Virus record (IMG/VR): IMGVR_UViG_3300037461_000542
Location: 1 to 63,609 of that record
Origin: a virus
Taxonomy: Duplodnaviria > Caudoviricetes
Length of the DNA stretch: 63,609 bases
Reading direction: 5' to 3' (one strand)
The notes beneath the pieces were generated by a model, which saw only the letters and a list, made by a program, of their open reading frames with translations, had not been told where the DNA came from and did no database searches. The position numbers and the translations under genes are program-made. Shown one piece after another: positions 28,016 to 39,159 of the stretch (its first letter is position 1; each line of letters begins with the position of its first letter).

Positions 28016-29584
28016 ATGTCAAGGTACGCACCGCTAAGAGACGCCTTTTCCGAATTAAACAAAACGATTACGGATTCTACCACTTGGAAATCCACTCACG
28101 ATCTCGAAGAGAAGAGAATGGGGTTGCAACAAATGCAGTTGGAATCCTCTCTGCAGGATGCTGCTCTTCGAAGAGAGACCTTGAAGAAAGATGCAGCTAT
28201 CGCAAAGGATCAGATGTCAGAAGAAGTGGTCAACATCTTCAATCTGATTCCTAACAATGCTTACACACAGGAGAAACTGTTCGACAAGACTGATGCTGGT
28301 CTCCGATTTGTAAAGGCGTTGGGTGGAGTGGATGTTGATCGGGCTACTGGTATTGTATTTGATGATTATGGTGAACCTCTGAAGATGCAGAAGTGGATGG
28401 TTGGTGAGAAGACAGCGCAGAACTATTCACTCCTCTCAGTAGCTTTTGACCCAGAAGAGATGGTGAAGGTGAACATAGATGCAGCTACTTCAAAGATAGC
28501 CGATCTTGAAAGGGAACTCTCTAAACTTCCAGAACATGATATTGCTGGACGCAAGAAGTTGAAGGAGAGAATCTACGAGGGTCAGACCACCCTTAAAGAA
28601 CAGATGGTAGCCCTCTCTCCAGAGAAATTGGTACCCCTTTATAAAATGAGATCTGATGCTGCGATGCAAACTGCAATCAATGCAGCTACTCGTGGAGTGT
28701 CAGAGAATAGTTTGAAATCCTTGCAAGAAGCAGCAAGGCTGGCTCAGGCAGACTACATAAATGCTGTGAATAAGCAAAGCGCGGCTGAGATGCAAAGACA
28801 GGGATTCACCCACTCTGAGAAACTCCAAAGTCAGCAACAGGGATTCCTTGGAGAGCAGCAGAAACGACAGTTTGCTCATGCTGAAGAGATGGAAAGAATT
28901 AGATCAGCAAAAGAATTGGAGAAGGAAAAACAAAAGATAGCTAAGGAAGCAGAAGGAACTAAACGTATTGCTGTTAAAATTGGAAACAACGGGCAACCTG
29001 TTGGAACTGTAGATATTAGTGTACCTAAGAACGCTGGGGGGGTTTATACCCCAGAGTCTATAGGTGGTGAAGATCTCAAGGGGTATGTGTGGAAAGATCA
29101 ACTGGAGATGGAAAATCAGTGGAAGGCTCAAGCCAACGCTAATACCACTCAAATGTCGAAGAATATAGAGAAGTTGTGGTCTAAGACAACTACCGATGAG
29201 ATGGGGAAGCAGACTGAAACTCTTCCAGAGATGCATAGACCACGCTTTGAAGCATCCCTGCGTGTAGCCGACGCTATTATGAAAGCAGACCCAAAGGGGT
29301 TAAATAATCCAATGGGGATTGCTACTCAGGCAAAATCTGCTGTGAAGGCGGCAGAGTTGGATTTCTGGAGAAAATATGAAGTCTTCGAAAAACAAATGAT
29401 GGTTGCTCAAAATATTTCTGAAGCTCGTCTTGATGATGAAACAAGAGAAATCTTTATTCGTAAATTCGCATCATTACCGGATAAAGAGGATGGATCAACA
29501 TTTGTGGGAGATCTTGGGTACATACCCAACTATAAGTACAAGGACACTTTGCTGGACCCTGAAAAAATAGTGCTGGATAAATAG
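28016..29584 (+). CDS. Internal virion coiled-coil protein
   Basis: 522 aa, helical, RBS AGGAG. Confidence 0.6.
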   Translation: MSRYAPLRDAFSELNKTITDSTTWKSTHDLEEKRMGLQQMQLESSLQDAALRRETLKKDAAIAKDQMSEEVVNIFNLIPNNAYTQEKLFDKTDAGLRFVKALGGVDVDRATGIVFDDYGEPLKMQKWMVGEKTAQNYSLLSVAFDPEEMVKVNIDAATSKIADLERELSKLPEHDIAGRKKLKERIYEGQTTLKEQMVALSPEKLVPLYKMRSDAAMQTAINAATRGVSENSLKSLQEAARLAQADYINAVNKQSAAEMQRQGFTHSEKLQSQQQGFLGEQQKRQFAHAEEMERIRSAKELEKEKQKIAKEAEGTKRIAVKIGNNGQPVGTVDISVPKNAGGVYTPESIGGEDLKGYVWKDQLEMENQWKAQANANTTQMSKNIEKLWSKTTTDEMGKQTETLPEMHRPRFEASLRVADAIMKADPKGLNNPMGIATQAKSAVKAAELDFWRKYEVFEKQMMVAQNISEARLDDETREIFIRKFASLPDKEDGSTFVGDLGYIPNYKYKDTLLDPEKIVLDK

Positions 29585-29592
29585 GAGCTATA

Positions 29593-32500
29593 ATGGGCAA
29601 ATACTTGCAGTATGGTATGGCGATTGCGAAGGGCGGGGAAGAGGCGAAGGCTGCGCAGAAGATCTCCGACGAAGAGTATGGTAAGTTGATGGAATCAGCA
29701 ACTTCAGATATTGCTGCTGAACTCGCTGCGTTGAAAAAAAATAAAGACGATACGGGTATTCTTGGCAAAGCCGCGAAGTGGGCTGGAGCTGCTCTATTCG
29801 ACACAGGTGCAGAGGACACTCCTGCTCCTACAATGGGGCAAACTCCAGAAGTAGTGGCTCAGTTAAAAACTCTTGCTGTGGAGAATGCAAGGGCAGAAAC
29901 AGAACGCCTCAAGATGGAGCAGCAGGTAAAGAACGAAGAAGCTGTAAAGGTTATGAAGGAATACTTCGTCTTGCCCGAAGCTTTGAAACCTTTGGCCGAT
30001 ACTGAAGTAGCTCGTGCTTTCATGGTTGGGCAAGCTCAGGATATGTACGGTCAGTTAGGGTATAAGCAGAAACAGTACGCCCTTAAAGATCAAGAGTTAC
30101 CACCTGAAGAGAAGACACGGTTGGAGAAACTGGGCAAGGTTCTGAACTACAAGTCCAACGATGAAGGGTTCCTGAACTTTGTAAAGAACAGCGCAGCAGA
30201 ACTCCTTGGTCAACAGGTTCAAACAGCGGTGGATCCCAATCATAATCCATATGTAACTGGAGCTGTGGCTGGTGCAGCTACCGCTGCTGGTACAGCCTAT
30301 CTTGGTCCTGGTGCCATCGCTACAGGTGCCTCCGCAGCAGGTGCAGCTACTCTTGCTGCCTCTGCTAACCGTACCCACATGATAGAAGCAGGACATGCGT
30401 TTGCAGATCTCAAGAAGTTGAAGCATGCCAATGGCAAATCTGTGACTGTAAAAGAAGCAGCCATTGCCTCCGAGTTGATAGGTGGAGCTGTCTCCCTCCT
30501 TGACACTGTTGGTCTCTCCGCACTCGCAAAGAGCGTACCAGTCCTTCGTAAGTTTGTGGGGGCGGACGCCATCGTTAAAAGCCCCACTGTTATGTCTGCT
30601 ATTCTGTCTACAGTTAAAAGAGTGGCTCATGGTACAGCAGCAGAAGCAAGTACTGAGGGTATGCAGGAGATTCCTGGTATTCTTGCGACAGCTATGCTCC
30701 AGGATAAAGATGTCTCAGATGCTATGATGGATCCTGAGAATGCAAGACAGATCGTTGAGGTCATGCAGAAAGTAGCTGCTGGTATGGGGGCACTCTCTTC
30801 TGCAGGTAACGTGAGATCTACGGTTCGTGATGCACGACAGATCATGTCTGAGCAACGTGCCAGAACTCACGATACTGTGGTCAATGCATTGAAAGAAGGG
30901 GTAGATCAACAGACAACTCCCAAGATCAATACTAAAGAGGAGCCGGAACCTTCGGTTCCTCCCAAGAAGAGAGTTCGTAAGCCGTCGCCAGCTCCAGAAC
31001 CCGTCGAGGCTTCATCTCCTCCCCCTACTCCTGAAGATAAGGTATCATCCGCCGGTTCTGTGGTGGATGAAAGTGTTGGTAAGGTAGCGGAAGACATTCC
31101 AAGGTTGAAGACTGGTTCCACGAAAGACAAGAAGACTGGAGAGACCCAGGATACCTTTATCAACATAGATCCGATCAGTACCCCCGGTGCTGTTGCGGAG
31201 AAACCGGATGGTTCGTTGACAGAGGTAACTCTTGCTCCTGAGAGTATGTCTCCCAAAACTAAGGTAGGTCTCCTCTTCGAAGACGAAGGGAATCCTCTCC
31301 CGTCTGTAGAATTTGAAGATGGTTCTCGACTCCATACTCCAAAGAGAGTATGGGCTGTAGCCAATGCTACGCCAGTTAAACTGGATTGGCTTACCCGTCC
31401 AGCACTCCTCACCAACGAGAATACGATCTACGAAGGACCGGCTGTTAACCCACCGTCCATTACGAGACCTATTATTGAGGATCTTGATTCTCTTGTTGAG
31501 AGTAGAAGGAAAGCAGAACAAGCAGTTACACAAGCTGGACTACGTGTTGCCCCATCCGATGAAGGTCCATCTGATATAAAAGATGTGGGGTTTGTCATCA
31601 CTGGTCCAGAAGGATCCCCCGTTGCTGGTCAGTTGGTATGGGTTTCTTCTAAACTCGTAGGTGAAAAGTTCAAAGGGGGCTACGCCTCCCTCGAAGACAG
31701 ACTTCGTGCCTCTATGGGAGAGAACTACGAGAAGGCCACTAAAGTACGAGAGGTGAAGGAAGAAGCGAAGGCCGAGAAAAAGAATGTACCACTATCCCCA
31801 GAAGAAACCTCTTTTCTTTCCCAGAAATACGTGCCTGCTCAGCAGAAAAGGGTTGTAAATTCGCTGGCTAACCAGGGCATGGAACGTACAGAGTTGGAAT
31901 CTATCGTGCAGGAAGCTGCTGTAGATGCTACTCGTGCAGTTCTCAAGGGAAAAGTACGGACTCCCAAAGCCCAGCAGAGAGCCTTCGCTCAAAGTTTGCG
32001 TGGTATAACCGCTAAGAAATATGAGGAATCTTTTGGGCAAGGCAGGCGTGGTCGTGAGGCCATGCGTAAAGCTGGCATAAAAGATGTATCCTATGAAGCC
32101 GCTGGTCTTGAGAATAAAGATGTAACTGGTGTTGGTGCCACAATGGAAGGTGCTGTCACTCAGGAGATGACAGGTGAACCTGTAGCAACTAAGGTGTCTC
32201 AAAATACCCCCATCAAGCAGGCCCAGCGTCGTGGTGAGTTTGTGGCCGAAGGCCAAAAGAAACCCCCTATCCGAACCAAGGTGTTCACGGAGGCCCAAAA
32301 AGCAGCGGAAGCTAAGAAGAGGGGTGTGGGTGTAGCTCCATCCAAAATGGGACCAACCATCCCTGCCAATATCCGTGCTATCCGTGCTCGTAAACAGGCA
32401 GTTGCCACTGTAACGCCAGTAGAACCCGTAGGATCGACGATCTCTCCAGAGCCTACCCTTGCTATGGCTGCTCCACAGATCGTGCAGCCAGTGCCTTCTG

Positions 32501-35500
32501 GTAAGGCCGCTATCAAGGCAGAAATCAAAAAAGAAGTGCAGGCTCGTGAAACTGAGAGACGTAACCGTGAATATGTGGCAGTACCGAAGAAAGATGTAGA
32601 CTCCCTAAAGGGAGTCACCACATCGTCGTACATTGGAGAGCTGCGTCGTAGCGACAAACTGGTAGTGCGGACGAATGGGGATGTGACCTTCTCCAAGTAC
32701 GCGCAAGCTGCGCCCGTTGCAAAGAAAGAAGGGGGTACAATCCTCCCCACAGATAAGGGAACCTACGTTGTAGCGAAGGATGCACAACCAAGGGTGATGT
32801 ATGATCTGAAGTTGCGACAGGAAGATGCAGCACAGCGAAGCGGTGAACGTAAACCAGTCAATGTTAAGGTGGAACCTATAGGTATGCCTGCCGGTACAGA
32901 TAGACCTATTGTTCTCGTTACACTCCAATCTGGTAGTAAGATCCCCTTTTACAAAAGCTGGAAAGGAACTTCCGGGAAAACTAAGGGTAACTGGTATCCT
33001 TTCTTTGGAATTGCTGAAAATGGATGGTTCATGAAGGGGGATACTACAGATCTTAATACTGGATATGGTAATCCTGAAATCAAAGCAGCGCAGGAGCACT
33101 TGAATTTTACTCTTAAAGGTGAACTTGGTCCAGAATTTAAGAAACAGATTGGAAGATCAGAAACAAATAAACTGATTGTTGGTAAAGAAAAACTTCTCGG
33201 TCATCCAGAAATCGGGCCAATAAGAGAGCAACTTAAAAAGAACAATGTACTTTTACTTGAACAGGCTGCTGTCCCCCAAAGCAAAACTACCACTGGAGCT
33301 ACCATGTTGGGAGAGCAGAATGCTGTTGCTCCGCTCAACGAGGAAGCCTCTAAATCCGTAGAAGAAACCGACAAGATGATGGTGGAAACACCTACCATCC
33401 CCGGTGTAGAGGATATTGCTCTGGTACCACAGTCTGCTACTGCACCCTCCATTCTCAACGTACCTTCTGTTAAAAGCGAAGCTTCTCCAGCGAGACCTGC
33501 TACTAAAGCCGAGAAGATGACGAGACCTCGGTATGGTGGGAAGATTGCAAAGAGTTTTGAAGGGGTTAAGCGAACCTTTCAGGATATAGTTTTTGAAACA
33601 GGGGTTAAGGGACCGGAGTTGGCGTCTCGTCTTATGACCTACGGTACGGATAACAATCTTCTTATCCTGAAGAAAGACGGAGATCCTATCCATACCGGGT
33701 ATAAAGGAATAATGCTCCGATCTTCTACCGATGATGTCATAAAGAACGCTTGGATTGTCCCTGTTGGGGACGATCAGTTTATTCTATTCAAACCCACACC
33801 TGAAACCTACCCAGATGGTACGAGTGGGTATGCAAAACCTGATGTTCTCTCTGTAGTCTCCGATGCATTGGATGCTACGGAGGGGGTGGCTGCTCCGTCT
33901 ATGACACCTGTGTTGAAGACTGCTCCAAAGGTTGGTGGTACTGTCTCCTCTCCTGGATCTGTAGAGGAGCAAGTGAGGGCAGGTAAGGTAGCTTTGGAAG
34001 AGGCGAAGGAAAGGGCAAAGACCACTCCTAAACTGAAGCCAACTACTGTGAGGAAGAAGAAGGTTACGATGGGAGATCCCTCCATTCAGATGCAATCCTC
34101 CAACCCTCACGCCAAGGTATCTGATGCTAACCTTGGAGACAAGATCCAAGTCATAGGTGCTCCACAATCGTATCAGGCTGTTCTCGTAGATCCTGCTACC
34201 TCTGGTGTCCTTGGTATCCACTCTACCTCCAAGGTTGGTGATGCTGGATTTAAAGAGGTGGCGAAAGCTGCACAGGCACAATCGAAGGGCGTAGCTACAG
34301 CCCACCGTGTTGTCATCACAATGTCTGGAGCAGAGGGGCAAGCTGCGTCTCAGGATCATGTGGTTCTTAAAGTTGTGGATCGTGGATTCAACGGTGCCAA
34401 GTCTGTACGTCTCATGGATAGTTTGCAGAATGAACGTGGGAGTACATTGGTTATCCCCCATCTTGCTAACGGTAGTATGAAATTGATGGGTGGATTGAAG
34501 TCTGCCTATACTTGGGCTGAGAAAGCGTTGTCTGTTGAACAACCCTGGATCTCAAAGAACATGCACGAGATAGGGTTCGCCATCAAGAACTTCTTTGGAC
34601 GGCGTGATGTTGAAGAGAAGATTGGTATGCAGGTAGCATTGGATCTCCAGACCGACATTAGAAATACGTTTGGAGATAAGCCCTCCCGTCAGAATTATGT
34701 GGACATCATCCTTGCTGCTGAGAATCCTGCTACTATGGCCGACTTTTCTCCTGAGTACAAGGCTCAGATCTCCCCCATTGCAGCTAAGATGAGAAAATAC
34801 TTTGATGATTCTCAGGCTGAGATGCTGGCTCGTGGATTGAATCTCGACTGGAAGACCAACAAACTGGGACAGTTGCAGTCTAAGTTAGAAGACGAAGCTG
34901 ATCCAGTAAAGCAGCAGAGAATCGTGGAATCCATAGAGATGGTGAAAGCTTCAGAGTTTGTTCACATTCCCTACAAGATGATGTTTGGTTCTAAGATGGA
35001 TCGTATGATTCAAGAAGTAGATCCAGTTATCCGTAAGAAGAGGTATGCTGAATTACAGTCTATGTTAGCTCATCAACGTAGGGGTACTACCATTGCCTCT
35101 ATGTTGAATCGTAAGAACAAAGATGGAGAGTACGTTATTGATCGTGCTGAGTTGACTCCTGTTAATGTCATCATGTCCTACGCCTACAACAAAGGGCATG
35201 ACATGGCGATGCTCGACATCAAGGATGCTATCAAGCAGTATAAAGATCTTTACCGTACAACTCGTGGCAAGCCCAAGGATGATAAACATGGGTATACCTG
35301 GATTAAGATCAACACTCCTAAGCTTGCTATCCTTCGTACTATGCTATCGCCTGAAGATAATAAGGCTAAGAAGAATCTTTGGATTCGTCAGGATGTGGTG
35401 CGTGCTATCTCAGAAGCATTGGGATACAATGAAAGACAGACCTCTTGGGATAAATTCATGTCTATCTCTAAGATGTCTGCTTTCTGGAACCCTGTATTTC

Positions 35501-36894
35501 TTCCCATGTACAATACTATGCAAGCGTTACGATCATGGACCATTAATCCCATGAAACCTATTCGTACATGGCAAGCATTCTCTAAGGCCGTAGACGATAT
35601 TGGTGGGATGCGATCCATTCTGTCTCGTCAACATAAACCATACTCAGAGGATTATCTTGAAGCTCTGAGAAATGGACTGGCTTCCAAACCATTCTCCAAT
35701 CCATTCCAAGGATGGAGGGATTTTGCGAAAGCTATCTCTGATGGGACCAATGGATCTTGGTATACAGATGCTATCCGTGCATTTAAACAAGAGTTGGATC
35801 ATTCCTCTCCTCTTGCAAAATATACGTTGGCTTTGCCTGTAATGAAATCTTTATATCAGGCATCATGGCATATTTCGTGGCAGGTTGACGAACTGTTCCG
35901 CATGGCATCATACAATTATCTGAGGGACAGAGGACACAGCCCTCGTGAAGCAGCACAGGTTTCAGCCAACCTTCAGGGTGACTACGCTTCTATACCTCCC
36001 AAGAGTAGGAAGATTCTTAATAAGATCTTCTTCACTCCTACCTTTAAGATAGCTACTCTAAAACTTTATGGAGCATTGATGCATGGTGCTTTAAAAAGTG
36101 GTAAGATGATGCTACTTCATGGTGGTGATTGGAAGAAGCACACTTCTAAACCAGAGAGACGCTATGCTCGTGCAGCAATGGGTGTTATCATGGTTAACAT
36201 GGCCTTCGATCTTGCATTGTTGGGTCTTGGTTTTCAGCGGGATGAGTGGGGTCGTCGTTATGTGAAACGTATTGTGGATGAAACTGGTAAGAAGAAAGAT
36301 TTTTACATTACCTTTGCTTCATCTGAGAACGTAGTGCAACGCTACACTGAACGTATCCAGAAGGCTTTCTTTGATCCTTCTGTGTCCAACCCCTGGTCTG
36401 AATTTGTAAGGGTTAATAAGTGGGAGTTGCATCCTGTATGGCGTAATGCCTACTCTGCTTTTATAGGAGAAGGCGATGAGGGAAGAATCTGGAGTACTTC
36501 AGAGAGTGGTGCTTCGAAGTTTGCAAAGAGTATGTGGTATTTCACATCGAAGACTTTCAACTTGTTGGATGCAATTCAAAGTCGTACAGAATTTGCAACC
36601 AATAAAGTAGAACGTGAACGTGTGCAAAAGACTTGGATCAGAGAGTACGGCAAGGGGCTGGGTGCCATCTACGGTGGGCTGGAAACCGTATTCGGATACG
36701 GCTACCTTACAGACCCAGTTGAAAAACGCAAGGTGTTGAAGTTGAAGGCTGTGCAGAAAGAGTTCATACGAGAAGCGTATGACTCTGTAAATAAAACAGG
36801 TAAGGTGGATCCTACCCTCAAAGAGAACTTTCGGAATAGGATGAAGAGTATTACCAAACACTATGACGAAATGAAGAAGGGGGTGGTCCGATGA
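29593..36894 (+). CDS. Very large (2433 aa) internal virion / polyvalent-type protein
   Basis: EASTEGMQEI-type N-terminal helical region, long low-complexity linkers, helical C-terminal domain; last large gene of the virion module. Confidence 0.7.
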   Translation: MGKYLQYGMAIAKGGEEAKAAQKISDEEYGKLMESATSDIAAELAALKKNKDDTGILGKAAKWAGAALFDTGAEDTPAPTMGQTPEVVAQLKTLAVENARAETERLKMEQQVKNEEAVKVMKEYFVLPEALKPLADTEVARAFMVGQAQDMYGQLGYKQKQYALKDQELPPEEKTRLEKLGKVLNYKSNDEGFLNFVKNSAAELLGQQVQTAVDPNHNPYVTGAVAGAATAAGTAYLGPGAIATGASAAGAATLAASANRTHMIEAGHAFADLKKLKHANGKSVTVKEAAIASELIGGAVSLLDTVGLSALAKSVPVLRKFVGADAIVKSPTVMSAILSTVKRVAHGTAAEASTEGMQEIPGILATAMLQDKDVSDAMMDPENARQIVEVMQKVAAGMGALSSAGNVRSTVRDARQIMSEQRARTHDTVVNALKEGVDQQTTPKINTKEEPEPSVPPKKRVRKPSPAPEPVEASSPPPTPEDKVSSAGSVVDESVGKVAEDIPRLKTGSTKDKKTGETQDTFINIDPISTPGAVAEKPDGSLTEVTLAPESMSPKTKVGLLFEDEGNPLPSVEFEDGSRLHTPKRVWAVANATPVKLDWLTRPALLTNENTIYEGPAVNPPSITRPIIEDLDSLVESRRKAEQAVTQAGLRVAPSDEGPSDIKDVGFVITGPEGSPVAGQLVWVSSKLVGEKFKGGYASLEDRLRASMGENYEKATKVREVKEEAKAEKKNVPLSPEETSFLSQKYVPAQQKRVVNSLANQGMERTELESIVQEAAVDATRAVLKGKVRTPKAQQRAFAQSLRGITAKKYEESFGQGRRGREAMRKAGIKDVSYEAAGLENKDVTGVGATMEGAVTQEMTGEPVATKVSQNTPIKQAQRRGEFVAEGQKKPPIRTKVFTEAQKAAEAKKRGVGVAPSKMGPTIPANIRAIRARKQAVATVTPVEPVGSTISPEPTLAMAAPQIVQPVPSGKAAIKAEIKKEVQARETERRNREYVAVPKKDVDSLKGVTTSSYIGELRRSDKLVVRTNGDVTFSKYAQAAPVAKKEGGTILPTDKGTYVVAKDAQPRVMYDLKLRQEDAAQRSGERKPVNVKVEPIGMPAGTDRPIVLVTLQSGSKIPFYKSWKGTSGKTKGNWYPFFGIAENGWFMKGDTTDLNTGYGNPEIKAAQEHLNFTLKGELGPEFKKQIGRSETNKLIVGKEKLLGHPEIGPIREQLKKNNVLLLEQAAVPQSKTTTGATMLGEQNAVAPLNEEASKSVEETDKMMVETPTIPGVEDIALVPQSATAPSILNVPSVKSEASPARPATKAEKMTRPRYGGKIAKSFEGVKRTFQDIVFETGVKGPELASRLMTYGTDNNLLILKKDGDPIHTGYKGIMLRSSTDDVIKNAWIVPVGDDQFILFKPTPETYPDGTSGYAKPDVLSVVSDALDATEGVAAPSMTPVLKTAPKVGGTVSSPGSVEEQVRAGKVALEEAKERAKTTPKLKPTTVRKKKVTMGDPSIQMQSSNPHAKVSDANLGDKIQVIGAPQSYQAVLVDPATSGVLGIHSTSKVGDAGFKEVAKAAQAQSKGVATAHRVVITMSGAEGQAASQDHVVLKVVDRGFNGAKSVRLMDSLQNERGSTLVIPHLANGSMKLMGGLKSAYTWAEKALSVEQPWISKNMHEIGFAIKNFFGRRDVEEKIGMQVALDLQTDIRNTFGDKPSRQNYVDIILAAENPATMADFSPEYKAQISPIAAKMRKYFDDSQAEMLARGLNLDWKTNKLGQLQSKLEDEADPVKQQRIVESIEMVKASEFVHIPYKMMFGSKMDRMIQEVDPVIRKKRYAELQSMLAHQRRGTTIASMLNRKNKDGEYVIDRAELTPVNVIMSYAYNKGHDMAMLDIKDAIKQYKDLYRTTRGKPKDDKHGYTWIKINTPKLAILRTMLSPEDNKAKKNLWIRQDVVRAISEALGYNERQTSWDKFMSISKMSAFWNPVFLPMYNTMQALRSWTINPMKPIRTWQAFSKAVDDIGGMRSILSRQHKPYSEDYLEALRNGLASKPFSNPFQGWRDFAKAISDGTNGSWYTDAIRAFKQELDHSSPLAKYTLALPVMKSLYQASWHISWQVDELFRMASYNYLRDRGHSPREAAQVSANLQGDYASIPPKSRKILNKIFFTPTFKIATLKLYGALMHGALKSGKMMLLHGGDWKKHTSKPERRYARAAMGVIMVNMAFDLALLGLGFQRDEWGRRYVKRIVDETGKKKDFYITFASSENVVQRYTERIQKAFFDPSVSNPWSEFVRVNKWELHPVWRNAYSAFIGEGDEGRIWSTSESGASKFAKSMWYFTSKTFNLLDAIQSRTEFATNKVERERVQKTWIREYGKGLGAIYGGLETVFGYGYLTDPVEKRKVLKLKAVQKEFIREAYDSVNKTGKVDPTLKENFRNRMKSITKHYDEMKKGVVR

Positions 36895-37196
36895 ACGAGC
36901 GAGAAGTCTTTGAAATGTTGCAAAAAATGGACGAAAAGCTGGATAAGATCCAGGACAATTGTTCTCAACGGGTAATGGGATGTGCTCACATGATAAGTGG
37001 AAAGGCTTCATCCGGCTTCGTCACTTGGGCAATAGGACTTATTGCTCTGTTTCTACTCGGCCTTGGTGCGCTCACTACATCCACGAAAATTGAACAAGCA
37101 CACCAAGGGCACGCACTAACTGCGATTGCAGAACAAATAGTTGGGTTGCAATCGGAGTTGATCGAACACACCAAACGAACGGAAGGTACTAAATAG
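36891..37196 (+). CDS. Coiled-coil plus single-TM membrane protein
   Basis: KMDEKLDKI coil; TM FVTWAIGLIALFLLGLGAL. Confidence 0.6.
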   Translation: MNEREVFEMLQKMDEKLDKIQDNCSQRVMGCAHMISGKASSGFVTWAIGLIALFLLGLGALTTSTKIEQAHQGHALTAIAEQIVGLQSELIEHTKRTEGTK

Positions 37197-38192
37197 ATGG
37201 GATTCCAGGCTATCTCTGATCCAGTATTTGATAAGGCATCCCGTGAAATCAAAGAAAGACTGGATGCAATGGAGGAGGGAAAGACTGCGGCTATGGGGGT
37301 AGCCTCTATGCTGTCGTCTTTCCTTGTCCCATCATCTATGGGGTACGTTCCACGTAAGGGGTCTGTCTCTGCCAACACCCTTGAAGCAGGCAGATTGGCA
37401 AGATCCAAGATTTGGAAAGAGTTGAAATCCCGCATTTCACCAGAAGAAACTGGAATCTGGAATGGTATTAAACGCAACATCTATAACTCGTTAGCCGATG
37501 ATGCCGATAAGATTCTTACCAGAAAAGAAGCGTTGGAACAATATAAGATGGCTGTTAAAGAAGTGACCTCCATCCCAGATCTTGTTGTGCAAAACGTCAA
37601 ACATGTAGAAAAGATAAAAGGATCCCCACTATCGAAGGGTTCTGCGTGGGGACAGTTCGATGATACTACTGGTACTTTGGGGTTGTCCTCAAACTTTCAG
37701 AAGGGGACTATAGCCCATGAAATAGGTGGGCATACAGGTACTCAGACTGCAAGACAGTTGCAAATATCTGAATTGTCGTCTCCTGCGATAAAAAAGGCTG
37801 TGAAGAAACTAACCCCAGAAATAAAAGAAGCGTTGCGGAATCAATCTTTAATGGAGGATTTTGATAAGGCACATCTTACAGTACAGAAACCACAAGAAGG
37901 GTTTATGTCAAGACTTCCTCCTCTTGTGCAGAGATTTCTGGGAGTTGATCCTGAATCCAAGATCACTAAGTTCTACGACAAGAACTATAGTAAGTGGCCC
38001 TCCGAGATTCATGCGGAGGGAGTGGCTCGTACACTACCTGGAGAAGTGGAGAGGTTAGGTGTACGCCCATCTTATCCTGAGTTTCTCAACATGACAAGAG
38101 GACCAACTGAAGCAGGTATCAGATCCATGAAGCATAACTTTCCAGACGAATACCGATACCTTAAACAAATGCAAGAAGCAACTATGAAATAG
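37197..38192 (+). CDS. Zincin-like metallopeptidase-domain protein
   Basis: AWGQFD...GTIAHEIGGH...PSEIHAE. Confidence 0.55.
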   Translation: MGFQAISDPVFDKASREIKERLDAMEEGKTAAMGVASMLSSFLVPSSMGYVPRKGSVSANTLEAGRLARSKIWKELKSRISPEETGIWNGIKRNIYNSLADDADKILTRKEALEQYKMAVKEVTSIPDLVVQNVKHVEKIKGSPLSKGSAWGQFDDTTGTLGLSSNFQKGTIAHEIGGHTGTQTARQLQISELSSPAIKKAVKKLTPEIKEALRNQSLMEDFDKAHLTVQKPQEGFMSRLPPLVQRFLGVDPESKITKFYDKNYSKWPSEIHAEGVARTLPGEVERLGVRPSYPEFLNMTRGPTEAGIRSMKHNFPDEYRYLKQMQEATMK

Positions 38193-38193
38193 A

Positions 38194-38230
38194 AAAAGCC
38201 AGCACCCCTTAATTGGAAGTGCTGGCTTTT
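38194..38230. terminator. Bidirectional terminator between the convergent genome halves
   Basis: AAAAGCCAGCAC...GTGCTGGCTTTT between stops at 38192 (+) and 38234 (-). Confidence 0.85.
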
Positions 38231-38233
38231 ATT

Positions 38234-38602
38234 TTAGACTTTACATTTTTCACAAAGAGTTCTCAACCATCCCCTATCATTCCTTGTCTTGCCTTCTCCA
38301 CCACATCTCTCACATACTATACTGGATTTTCTTTCGGCTTCCTCGATTGCATCGTGTATTTCATTGGATGCATTTCCTACATAGAATCTAAGAGTACCGA
38401 ACTTCTCCTTCACCTGGATGGCATAGCACTTCTTCTCTGGATCCAACTCCACGATACGTTGGCAAAGACTATCTATGAGATCATACCATCCATTCCCGCA
38501 TGACATTCCACAGCACATAGCAGTCTTTGTAAGATCTCCATTGTAGTCACGGAATACGGAGGGATATTTTGAAATAAGTTTTAATTCCAAGTCTTCTCTC
38601 AT
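38234..38602 (-). CDS. Conserved phage hypothetical protein with Zn-ribbon
   Basis: CGNGWYDLI...QVKEKFGTLRFY...CERCG...LCEKC. Confidence 0.75.
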   Translation of the reverse strand: MREDLELKLISKYPSVFRDYNGDLTKTAMCCGMSCGNGWYDLIDSLCQRIVELDPEKKCYAIQVKEKFGTLRFYVGNASNEIHDAIEEAERKSSIVCERCGGEGKTRNDRGWLRTLCEKCKV

Positions 38603-38610
38603 AATTCCTC

Positions 38611-39159
38611 CTATAAGACTTTGTATTCATCCAGAACTTCTTCCAAAGTTTCGACAGCTATGTGAGATAACCCATTACTTGCGTTCCAGGGGGCTGGGTA
38701 AAGGAAGGCAAGCCCACCGTAGTCGAACCAATCATTAACATTTTTCTCAGCATCATCAATCAATAATGAATCCTCATGAGCACACATATACTTTGCTGGC
38801 CCTATCAAGTACCTCTTCTCTTGGAAGTAAGTGGGCATATTTTCACGAATCCATTGCTGAGACCATCCTGCATTGTTTAAAGTAGGAGAAGTAAGAAGAC
38901 ATACCTTACATTGACTCTGCTCTACAAGAGAGAGAATCCGTTTCGCATCCTCTGTGAACTGCAACCCCAACCAAAACTTTTCATCCTGTTTCTCCCAAAA
39001 CTCCTGCTCTGAAATCTTATGATAGGAGCAGACGAATGATGTGAGCCAACCCCAATCGTTGACATGCTCTGGAGAGAAATCAACCTCGTACAACTTCTTA
39101 ATCCCATCCACCCAATCTCGTACTACTCCATCAAGATCCAGGAATATTCTCTTTAACAT
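38611..39159 (-). CDS. 5'(3')-deoxyribonucleotidase (HAD/NT5C-like)
   Basis: IFLDLDGVVRDW, LLTSP, LLIDD, PWN. Confidence 0.8.
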   Translation of the reverse strand: MLKRIFLDLDGVVRDWVDGIKKLYEVDFSPEHVNDWGWLTSFVCSYHKISEQEFWEKQDEKFWLGLQFTEDAKRILSLVEQSQCKVCLLTSPTLNNAGWSQQWIRENMPTYFQEKRYLIGPAKYMCAHEDSLLIDDAEKNVNDWFDYGGLAFLYPAPWNASNGLSHIAVETLEEVLDEYKVL

